Source: Candidatus Saccharimonadota bacterium
GTDB taxonomy: Bacteria; Bacillota_I; Bacilli_A; Mycoplasmatales; Hepatoplasmataceae
Direction of reading: 5' to 3'
Assembly: GCA_027925225.1 (NCBI GenBank)
Contig: AP027131.1
Span: forward strand, 630,001 to 662,000
DNA length: 32,000 nt
A program made the position numbers and the translations under genes. Position 1 is the first letter of the stretch, and each line of letters starts with the position of its first letter. The notes under the pieces are model-generated. The model was not told the origin of the DNA. It searched no databases and saw only the letters and a list, made by a program, of their open reading frames with translations. This document shows positions 11,205 through 20,025 of this stretch, in pieces.

Positions 11205-11274
11205 AAAAAAATGTAAAAAAGATAAATAAATTGAAATTTTTAATTAAAAAAATGTAAAATGAGATAAATAAATT
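11205..11274. repeat. Imperfect direct repeat (two copies of about 28 nt, 41-nt period) in a divergent intergenic region
   Basis: Copy 1 is AAAAAAATGTAAAAAAGATAAATAAATT (11205-11232). Copy 2 is AAAAAAATGTAAAATGAGATAAATAAATT (11246-11274). The copies are identical except for a 2-3 nt indel or substitution, and each contains a TGTAAAA(T/A) extended -10-like element. Confidence 0.6.
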
Positions 11275-11318
11275 AATAAAATATTTAATTTAAATTATTA
11301 AAAAAATATAATTTTTTT

Positions 11319-11861
11319 ATGTTAAATAATAAAAATAATATTAATCTTTTTGATGAAATTTGTGTTTCTGAATATGTTATTTCTAAATTGATAAATAATT
11401 ATATTTTTCCAGAAATACATTATAAAAATCAATTAGAAAAACTAAATATTAAATAATCATTTTTAAAAGAAGAACAAACTAAATTAATTCAAAAAAATTG
11501 AGATAAAATTGAATTTAGAACAAAAAATATTATTTTTTTAGGTTATTCAAAAAAAGAAAAAGATGTTTTTTACTTTTTTTTAACTACAAGCAATTTTAAA
11601 GAAAAAGCAAAACAAAGTTTACTTTATATAAAAAAAGATGGAAAGAAAATTTATATAAATTTAGATAAAATTTACTATTTAAATTTTAATGATTATTATT
11701 TTTGATATTCCTATGAAAATAAAAATAAAAAAAATATTATTCAAGAAAAAAAATGAAAAAATGAATTTTTAAATAAAATAAATATAAAAAATTTAAGAAC
11801 TTTAACAAAATTTACTTCTATAAGAATTTATAAGGATATTTTAAATAAAAAAAGAAAATAA
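11319..11861 (+). pseudogene. Hypothetical ORF interrupted by an in-frame TAA at 11454 (45 + 135 codons)
   Basis: ATG 11319 opens a frame (MLNNKNNINLFDEICVSEYV…LNIK) that stops at TAA 11454-11456. The same frame then stays open for 135 more codons (SFLKEEQTKLIQKNWDKIEF…ILNKKRK) to TAA 11859. That second part contains two TGA codons and no in-frame ATG, GTG or TTG. I recognise no family. Confidence 0.3.
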
Positions 11862-11880
11862 GATAAAATAATTTTTTTTA

Positions 11881-11906
11881 TAAAAAAAATGGCGGGAACC
11901 TCCCGC
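11881..11906 (-). terminator. Rho-independent terminator downstream of mnmG
   Basis: The minus strand reads GCGGGA-GGT-TCCCGC, a 6-bp GC-rich stem that stands out in this AT-rich DNA, followed by CA and T8. It lies about 70 nt after the mnmG stop. Confidence 0.7.
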
Positions 11907-11977
11907 ACAATTACTGACTAGATATAAAATCCAGCTCACAAATATTATATATAAAAATAAAAAAAACTCTTAAAAAT

Positions 11978-13849
11978 TTATTTTCTATTATTTAAATAAT
12001 GAACTATAAATAACAAATCAGAAAAATTTATTCCTTGAATTTTAGAAGCTTGATAAATTGTTCTTGGTCTTATTTTTGATAATTTTTCTTTTGCTTCCAT
12101 TGCAAGATTTTGAATTTTTTTATAATCAAAATCATCTGGTAATTTTAATTGATAATATTTTTCATATTTTCTAATTTCTTGTTCTTGTTTTTTAATATAA
12201 CCTTCATATTTTATTTCTATTTCAATAGTTCTTAAATCCTCTTTTTCAAGTTCATATTTTTCTATTAATTTTTTTAAAAAATTTTCTAAATGAAAAATAC
12301 TAATGTTAGGTCTTTTTATCAAATCTAAAACATGTATTTTATTTTTAATATTGTTATCTTCTAAAATTTTATTTAATGATTCATCTTGATTTAATAAAAT
12401 TAATAATTTTGAAATTTCATTTTTAAATTTTTCATGATTAGAAAATTTATTTTTTAAATATAAATATCTTTCTTTATCAATTAAATTATATTTATATGCT
12501 TTTTCATAAAGTCTTTTAACTGCATTGTCACTTCTTAGTAATAATCTATATTCAGCACGCGACGTTAATAAACGATAAGGGTCATCTATTCCCTTAGTTG
12601 TTATATCATCTATCATTACACCAATATATGCTTCACTTCTTTCAAGATAAAATGGCTCTTTATTATCAATTGCATTTGATGCATTTATTCCAGCGATAAG
12701 ACCTTGTGCAGCTGCTTCTTCATATCCTGAAGTTCCATTTATTTGTCCTGCTGAATAAAGATTTTTAAATTTTTTAAATTCTAAGGTTTGACTTAATTCA
12801 ATTGGATTTAATGAATCATATTCAATAGCATAAGCATATCTTTTAAAAATTGCATTTTCAAGTCCTTTTATAGATCTAATAAATTGCTCTTGCACTTCTT
12901 TTGGAAGAGAAGAAGAAAGACCTGCAAGATATATTTCATCAGAATCTTTTGTTTCTAATTCAAAGAAAATTTGATGTCTTTCTTTCTCAAAAAATCTTTT
13001 TACTTTATCTTCAATTGAAGGACAATATCTTGGACCTTGTCCAATATCTGGGGCAGAAAATAAATATGATTTATCAAAATTTTTTTTAATAATATTATGT
13101 GTATTTAAATTTGTATATCCAAGTCAAGCAGGAAAGTTTTCATATTTTTTTTTCACTAATTCTTTTTCAGTAAAATAAATTGCTTCCTCTGATCCTGGTT
13201 CTATTTCTAATTTATTAAAATCAATTGATTCTTTTGCAATTCGAGGAGGAGTGCCTGTTTTTAATCTAATAAGTTCAACATTTTTTCTTCTAAACTGTTC
13301 TGAAATAGTTAAGTTTGTAGCCTTTCCGTCAGGACCCTCTACTATTATTTCAGTTCCTTTTATTACTCTAGAATTTAAAAATGTTCCTGTACAAAGAATA
13401 AATTTTTTGCCTTTTAAATATTTATTTTTTTTTAAAAAAATGCCTTTAACCTCATTATTTTTAATATCAAAAGTTAAAACTTCATCTTCTATAAAATCAA
13501 TATTTTTTATAGAAAAAATAGTATTTAAAACAAATTCTGGATATTTTATTTTATCAATTTGAGCTCTAAGCGATTGAACAGATGGACCCTTTGATTTATT
13601 TAATATTTTTGTTTGAAGTTGTGTTTCATCAGCTGCAATAGGCATAAGTCCGCCTAATGCAAATAACTCTCTGACAACAATTCCTTTTGCAGAACCACCA
13701 ATTGAAACATTGCAAGGAAGAAAAGAAACATCTTTTTTTGAATAAGTAACTAATGCAACTTTTTTATTTAATTTCGAAGCAATATATGCTGCCTCAACAC
13801 CAGCATGTCCTGCACCGACTACAATAATATCGTATTCCTTATCTTTCAT
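11978..13849 (-). CDS. mnmG: tRNA uridine 5-carboxymethylaminomethyl modification enzyme MnmG/GidA (623 aa)
   Basis: Fragments 13124..13849 and 11978..12895 are in frame, with a single TGA at 13124. The FAD motif is YDIIVVGAGHAGVEAA. Conserved MnmG blocks include GPRYCPSIEDK (read across the gap), GQINGTSGYEEAAAQGL and TSRAEYRLLLR. Confidence 0.97.
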
Positions 13850-13930
13850 AAGTAAAATTATACTCTCAATATAAAGATAATTTTCTTAATAAAAATCACA
13901 CTTTATATATTTTAATAAAATATTTTAATA

Positions 13931-13960
13931 AAAAAAAAGAAGATCTTATCTTCTTTTTTT
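13931..13960 (-). terminator. Terminator hairpin after tRNA-Gly (symmetric, potentially bidirectional)
   Basis: AAAAAAGAAGAT-CTT-ATCTTCTTTTTT is a perfect inverted repeat flanked by A and T runs. A second perfect 10-bp inverted repeat, CCATTTTTTA…TAAAAAATGG (13961-13990), abuts the tRNA CCA end. Confidence 0.6.
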
Positions 13961-13987
13961 CCATTTTTTAAAATTCTTCTTAAAAAA

Positions 13988-14062
13988 TGGAGCGAGTGAA
14001 GGGGATCGAACCCTCATCCTCTGGTTGGAAGCCAGACATAATAGCCATTATACTACACTCGC
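13988..14062 (-). tRNA. tRNA-Gly (anticodon UCC)
   Basis: The reverse complement is GCGAGTGTAGTATAATGGCTATTATGTCTGGCTTCCAACCAGAGGATGAGGGTTCGATCCCCTTCACTCGCTCCA. The acceptor pairs GCGAGTG/CACTCGC, the anticodon loop is CTTCCAA and CCA is encoded. Confidence 0.92.
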
Positions 14063-14088
14063 ACATGTATAAAAGTTATTACCTAATT

Positions 14089-14097
14089 ATTATAACA
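14089..14097 (-). promoter_or_regulatory. Putative extended -10 promoter (TGTTATAAT) for tRNA-Gly
   Basis: The minus strand reads TGTTATAAT about 27 nt upstream of the tRNA 5' end, in the 55-nt gap after the upstream CDS. Confidence 0.4.
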
Positions 14098-14117
14098 TTT
14101 TAAGTCGTAATAAAATG

Positions 14118-15101
14118 TTATAAATAACTATCAATTTTTTTTGGTTTTACAAATTTAACATATTTTAAATATTTATAATCTAATTTATATACATGATATT
14201 CAAATAAGTTATAGTCTAAAATCTGAGTAATGTCATAGTAATCATTAAAATAAATTAAAGGGTCAAAGTGAATTTTAAACATAGTAATTTTTTTTGAATT
14301 TTTATCTAGAACTTCATTTTTAAGATGTTCATAATTTTTTTTAGTAATTAAAAAAAATCTTGAATCTTTTTCAATATCATAAAAAAAACTTCTTTTTTTG
14401 AAAAAACCTTTGATAGCAACTTCCCCAAGATCATTATTAAATCTTGCTTTTAATGTTCTTGGTTTTACTTTAATTAAATAAAAATGTTCATCTTCTTTTT
14501 TTGGAATATTTTTAACTTTAAAAAATTTATTTTTCTTTCTTTTTTTGAAAAAAAATCTTTTTTTCTTTTTTTCAAAATTTTTAATTCCAGCATCTTTATA
14601 TGTTTTTTTTAATCTTTTTAATTCTTTTCCTTTAAATCTTGAAAAATCAAAAGTAAATGAAAGTGTGTCTTCTGTTTTAATTATTTTGAAATTTTCTCCT
14701 AGGTTTTTAAAAATAAATTCATATTTATTTTCAATAGAACTATTCCCAAAATCTACATTTGTATCTTTAATTAATCCTTTTTTAGAAAGGATTAAAAGAC
14801 TAAAAAAGAATTTTGAAAATGCAAATCTAATTGCTTCTAATTTATACTGAGAAAATGGAAGTATGTTTTTTAATTCTGAAATTTTAAATTCAACTTCATT
14901 TAAAACTTGTTGGTTTTTTGAATTTTTATATTCCTTTATAAAATTATTTAAAATTAAATGTAAACTTATTTTTTTAGAATTAGATTTTATTTTCATATAA
15001 AGAGTATTTTTTAAAATAAAAAATACAGTAAAAGGATTTTCATGAATTATTACTTCTTTATCATGGTCATCTAAAATATTTTTAGTTTTAAAAAATTCCA
15101 T
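14118..15101 (-). CDS. Hypothetical protein, 327 aa, Lys/Phe-rich and Trp-free
   Basis: This is a single uninterrupted ORF even under the standard code, with no TGA and no TGG. It is a long open frame in extremely AT-rich DNA. The centre carries a basic stretch, KKKKRFFFKKRKKNKFFKVKN. I recognise no family motif. Confidence 0.65.
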   Translation of the reverse strand: MEFFKTKNILDDHDKEVIIHENPFTVFFILKNTLYMKIKSNSKKISLHLILNNFIKEYKNSKNQQVLNEVEFKISELKNILPFSQYKLEAIRFAFSKFFFSLLILSKKGLIKDTNVDFGNSSIENKYEFIFKNLGENFKIIKTEDTLSFTFDFSRFKGKELKRLKKTYKDAGIKNFEKKKKRFFFKKRKKNKFFKVKNIPKKEDEHFYLIKVKPRTLKARFNNDLGEVAIKGFFKKRSFFYDIEKDSRFFLITKKNYEHLKNEVLDKNSKKITMFKIHFDPLIYFNDYYDITQILDYNLFEYHVYKLDYKYLKYVKFVKPKKIDSYL

Positions 15102-15124
15102 TTTTATAAAAAATTTTACCTATT

Positions 15125-15883
15125 TTACCTTTTGTGTAATCAATTAAATATTTCTAAATAAATAATATCATTTTTTTGTATATATTTAAAATAAGCTCAT
15201 TTTGATCAAAAATATGATGTAAATTTTCTTATTATTAAAAAATCATCTTTAGGAAATTCAATATTTTTTAATTTAAAATATTCATTTAAAAAAATATCTT
15301 CTTGTTCTTTATTTATTTGTCTTTTAACAATAAAACTAGCTAAATCAAATAAATAATTATTAATTCCGCCATATTCATAATCAATTATTGTTACATTTCC
15401 GGACTTATCAACTAAAATATTACCATCTGTAATATCGTTATTACAAATTACTACATTTTTATTTACTAATTTCATTGCTTCTTTAAAATAAAAATTTTCA
15501 TTTTTTAAGATTGGTATTCTTTTATCTTTTTTTAAAAAATTTCAAACAGATTCATAGTTTGGTTTAAAAACATCCTTTATATTTTTTACGTCAATGTTGT
15601 GTATTTCTTTTATTTTTTTAGCAATGTTTTTTAGTAAATCATCAGTTAAATTTTTAGAATTAATTGATTTTGCATCTATGTAATTCATTTCTATATAATC
15701 TGAAGAAACAAAAAAAAGTTTAAAATCTTTAATATATTTTAAGATAAATCTTTCTTGATTGCCAAAATGATTTATAAAGTCATTTTTATCATAGTTTTTT
15801 CTTACAATATTTTCTTTTTTATTAATTCAAACTTCATTAGAAATTCCAACTTTATCTCTAACTCAAAATTCATTGTTATTCAT
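15125..15883 (-). CDS. Choline/ethanolamine-kinase-like (LicA/APH fold) phosphotransferase, 252 aa
   Basis: ORF 15206..15475 extends upstream to ATG 15883 (MNNNEFWVRDK…) and downstream through three TGA codons to TAA 15125. The catalytic-loop-like segment is VVICNNDITDGNILV. The Mg-binding-like segment IIDYEYGGINNYLFDLASF resembles the IDxEY…FDLA motif of choline kinases. Confidence 0.65.
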
Positions 15884-15924
15884 TCTTATCTTTTATTATT
15901 ATAAAGATTTTTAAATATCAAATA

Positions 15925-17223
15925 CTAACCAGACCAAATTGTTCCACCATTAGCCAATAATAATAAACCTCCTACAAAAATCCCAGGAATTATATTAATT
16001 ATTTGCATGTATCACCAAGAAGTTCTATTTAATGCCAATAAAGGAAAACTAGCATCGCCATCTTGATTAATGGAATTTGCAGCCATAGCCGCATCAGAAA
16101 CCGGACCAAGACCAGGTGCTCAACCCGATGATGAAGAACCACCAACACCTAAATAAAACGATGCAAAAGCAATTTGAGGACCACATCCTGGAATCGAGCC
16201 AACAAAAACAGCAACAAGAACCCCAACAAATCCTCCTGCTAAACCAAAGAATTTATCTCATAAATCTGGAAATGGATAAAAGAATAAACCAAAAATAGCA
16301 AGTCCAAAAAATACTCAAGTCATTATAAAAATAGAACTTAAAAATACATATTTTCTTGTTCCTTTTCATGTACTTAAATTATTATGAACTTCATTATATT
16401 CATTTTCATAATCTTTGACGGTTGTCCCGGCATCTTTTCCATTTTTATTTGAATCAATAACCATATCAAAATGATTTCTATCATCAAATCCTTTTACTAA
16501 ATATTTTCGCAAAAAGAAATAAGTAACGTAGACAACAATAATTACAACAGAAAGAACATCGGCAAAGTATGTATAGTATAGGGCAAAACCTGTACTATCT
16601 AATGGTTTTATACCTTGCGTCTCTAAGACGACATCTAGAATAGTGGCAGGAAATATAAAAAGGAACAATATAAAAAATATTGTTCCCATAACTTTTTCAT
16701 CATAAAACATAAATTTTTGCGTTGGTTTTTTATATTCTATAAATTTATTTTTCTTTCTTTCTTTTTCTTCTTTTTTATTTGCTTTTTTGTCTTCTCCTTT
16801 TACTATTCTTTTATCAATAAATTTATGAATTGGAGTTAAATCGATTAAATAACCAACAAATATTCCAACAATAAGAGAAATAACTAAAAGTCATAAAAAT
16901 GCAATTGGATCTACAGCCAATATAATAAAAGCCGCATCACCGAACGTGGCAATAAAAGATGCAGATAAAGAACCAAAAGTCATTGTACCTTGTACGTATA
17001 GACTTGTAAGTAAGATTGGTCCTCCACATCCTGGAATTGAACCCATAAGTGCAGCTCAGATAGGTTGTGTATATTTAGATTTTTCTATTTTTCTATAAAA
17101 TCTATCTCCACTTATTAAATTTATTGTTTCGAATAATAAGAGAGAAAATACAACTCAACCCATTATATCAATAACTGCATTTGTAAAGGTATCGTAAAAA
17201 AATTGACCTGCAGCACTATCCAT
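15925..17223 (-). CDS. Polytopic membrane protein with two SIPGCG(G)P motifs; possibly the ArsP_2/putative metal-ion transporter family (432 aa)
   Basis: ORF 16366..16710 extends in frame from ATG 17223 to TAG 15925. I checked that there is no in-frame TAA or TAG. The motifs are LMGSIPGCGGPILL near the N-terminus and FVGSIPGCGPQIAF near the C-terminus, followed by ANSINQDGDASFPLLA. A Lys/Glu-rich central loop separates two hydrophobic halves. Confidence 0.7.
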
Positions 17224-17321
17224 AATAGACAAATAAAAATTAGGAATAAAATAAAATTTTTAATTAAATGATTTTTGTTGAATATAATCAACTGCGTCAT
17301 TATTATATAATAATTTTTAAT

Positions 17322-18074
17322 ATGAATAAATTTTTTCTAAAATTTAAAAACTTTTTTGAAAATAAAAAAAAGATATACTGAATAATATTTGCAATATCTG
17401 CATTTGGTGTAATTTTTTCAATATTAGGTTGTATTCATAATGCTTGAGGTACTAATGTTGAATATTTTTATTATTTTTTTACATACCAAACAAATACTTT
17501 AGTAGCAATTTTTTATTTATTAATTGCAATAAATGTAAATTATAAATATAAAAAATTGAATTTTGTTCATAATGAAAAATTGAAAGTTGCAATAGCAACA
17601 TATATGGGACTTTTAATACTTACTGTATTTTTATTAATGATTCCTCTTGAAATCTTTCAGTCATTTGGACTTGGAAAAGGAGCAACTACAACTTTTAATA
17701 ATAATTATGATATGTCTGGAAATTGATATTATTATTTTGGAAATATAATAAAAAATTTAATAATTCATCTAATAGTTCCTCTTCTTGTAATAGGAGAAAT
17801 ATTTTTTTCTAATAATAGTGAAACAAAATTTAGTGCTCCACTTTTTTGAACGATTGCAGTTTATCCAGTAATTTATTTAATTAATGCATTTTTAATAGGT
17901 TATTTTACTGGAATTTATCCTTATGCAATTTTTAACACAAATCTTTATGATGTATGACTTGTAATAATTTTTATTTTTATTGAAGTCTTATTTTATAGTA
18001 TGGGTTATTTTATTTCATTAAGGCGAACAAAAAATTACAAAAATCAAAATATTAAAAATAAAGTTAATTTATAA
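17322..18074 (+). CDS. Integral membrane protein, possibly FAR-17a/AIG1-like (Pr6Pr-type), 250 aa
   Basis: ATG 17322 opens a frame that runs to TAA 18072 and contains six TGA codons. The protein has about six hydrophobic segments. The motifs FTYQTNTLVAIFY and NLIIHLIVPLLVIGE resemble the Thr and His blocks of AIG1/ADTRP-type proteins. This comparison is from memory and is a weak call. Confidence 0.6.
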
Positions 18075-18102
18075 TTATTCTGAAAATGGAAATAATTAAA
18101 TT

Positions 18103-18498
18103 ATGTTTGAATTAAATAAAGAATTAATAAAAGAATTAGATGATAATACAAGTAAATTAATTTATGAAATAAAAAAAAGCTTTGAAGTTAAAAATTATTT
18201 ATTAGGAATTCTTGGTTTTAGAATTTTTGTTTTACATATTGCAGGACATCTAGGTATGAAAGATCCTGAGAGTTTTAAAAAATCTTTAAATTATATTGAA
18301 AAAAGTGGTTTTTCTTGGCCCTCAGAAAACAATGAAAATGGAAATGAAATTCTTAAGATATTAATAAAAGAAATTAATTCAATTAATCATGATTGAAATT
18401 TTGATTATAACGAAATTTCTAATTTTGAAAATGCAAAAATTTATTGGAGTTGAGTTAATCCTTTATTATCATTTTTATTTGTTAAATATAATAGATAA
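18103..18498 (+). CDS. Hypothetical protein (131 aa)
   Basis: ORF 18103..18396 continues through TGA codons to TAA 18496. It lies 28 nt after the preceding gene and 24 nt before metG. I recognise no motif. Confidence 0.5.
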
Positions 18499-18522
18499 CT
18501 AGTAATTTATAATTAAAACAAT

Positions 18523-20025
18523 ATGAAAAAAAAAATAAAGCAATTTTATGTAACTACACCTATTTATTATCCGAATAATAATTTGCATATCGGGCATGCT
18601 TATACAACAGTGTTAGCAGATATTATAAATAGATATAAAAAAAATGATAATTATGAAACTTATTTTTTAACTGGTTCAGATGAACATGGTGAAAAAATTT
18701 ATCTTTCAGCAAAAAAAGAAAATAAAAGTCCAAAAGAATTTGTAGATAAAATAATTATAAATTTTAAAAATTTATGAAGTTTATTAGGTATTGAATATGA
18801 TCACTTTATTAGAACTACAGATGAAACTCATATAAATTTTGTGCAAGAATCCTTTAATAAGTTATTAGAAGAAAAAAAAATATATAAAGGTAAATATAGT
18901 GGTTTGTATTGTGTTTATGATGAAGAATTTTTTACAAAAACACAAGCAAAAAATAACAAGTGTCCAAATTGTAATAGAGAATTAATATATTTAGAAGAAG
19001 ATACTTATTTTTTAAAAATTAGTGAGTATAAAGACTGAATAAAAAATAAATTAGAAACAAATGATTTTTTAAAACCAAAATCAAGAAGAAATGAATTATT
19101 AAAAAACTTTATTCCGGAATTAAAAGATCTTTCAATCACAAGAGAAAATATTCATTGAGGAATTAATTTAAAAAATGATGAAAAACAAACAATTTATGTT
19201 TGATTTGATGCTCTCAATAATTATTTATCTACTTTTAAATATAAAAATTCAAAATGAAAAATTGATGATATTTGAAATAAAAAATCAAATGTAGAAATTT
19301 TACAAATTATAGGAAAAGAAATTACAAGATTTCATGCAATTTATTGACCAATAATTTTAAAAATGTATGGATATAAATTACCACAAATTCTTTCTCATGG
19401 TTGAATTGTTGATTTAGATGGAAAAAAAATGTCTAAATCAATGAATAATTTTATTCAACCTGAAAAATTAATAAAAAAATATGGAAGAGATGCAATAAGA
19501 TTTTTCTTAATTAATAATATATCAATAGGAGAAGATGGTAAATTTTCAGAAGAATTATTAAAAAAAAATATTAATGGTATTCTTGTGAACAAATATTCAA
19601 ACTTAATAAATAGAATGCTTTCAATTTTATTTAAAAAAACAAATGGAATTATTTTTAAAAGTGAAAAATTTAAAAAAGAAGAAAATGAATTTGATAATTT
19701 AAAAGATGAATTTAAAGAAAAATTAAATTCTTACTCTTTTTTTGAATCTTCAAAACTGATTATAAATTTTACTGATAAGTTAAATATTTTTATTGACAAA
19801 AATGAAATATGAAATTTAAAAAACAAAGATTTAGAAGAACATTTATATTTCATATTTAAAGAAATATGAAATTTATCTATTTTATTTAGTCCTATACTTA
19901 TTGATTCAAGTAAAAAAATATTAGAAATGTTTCAAGAAGAAAATCATAATTTTGATAATTGAAATAAAAACTTAGATAATAAAAAGATTATTAAAATAGA
20001 TTTTTTATTTAAAAAAATTGATTAA
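18523..20025 (+). CDS. metG: Methionine--tRNA ligase, short form (500 aa)
   Basis: Fragments 18523..18777, 18841..19038 and 19429..19812 are in one frame, with 15 TGA codons read through. The HIGH motif is YPNNNLHIGHAYT, the Zn knuckle is CPNCN and the KMSKS motif is GKKMSKSMNN. The gene ends at TAA 20023. Confidence 0.95.

Noticed and set aside
11888-11935. GC-rich segment TGGCGGGAACCTCCCGCAC as a possible tRNA fragment or small RNA.
   Set aside because: No cloverleaf can be built: there is no D-arm or anticodon arm and no matching acceptor. On the minus strand it is a simple hairpin followed by T8 downstream of mnmG, which makes it a terminator.
12901-16298. Plus-strand ORFs 12901..13089, 13251..13562, 14545..14850 and 16116..16298.
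   Set aside because: All are antisense to well-supported minus-strand genes (mnmG, the 327-aa hypothetical protein and the IPGCG transporter). They lack start contexts and motifs.
18499-18522. T-box leader upstream of metG.
   Set aside because: Only 24 nt separate metG from the preceding gene, which is far too short for a T-box riboswitch.
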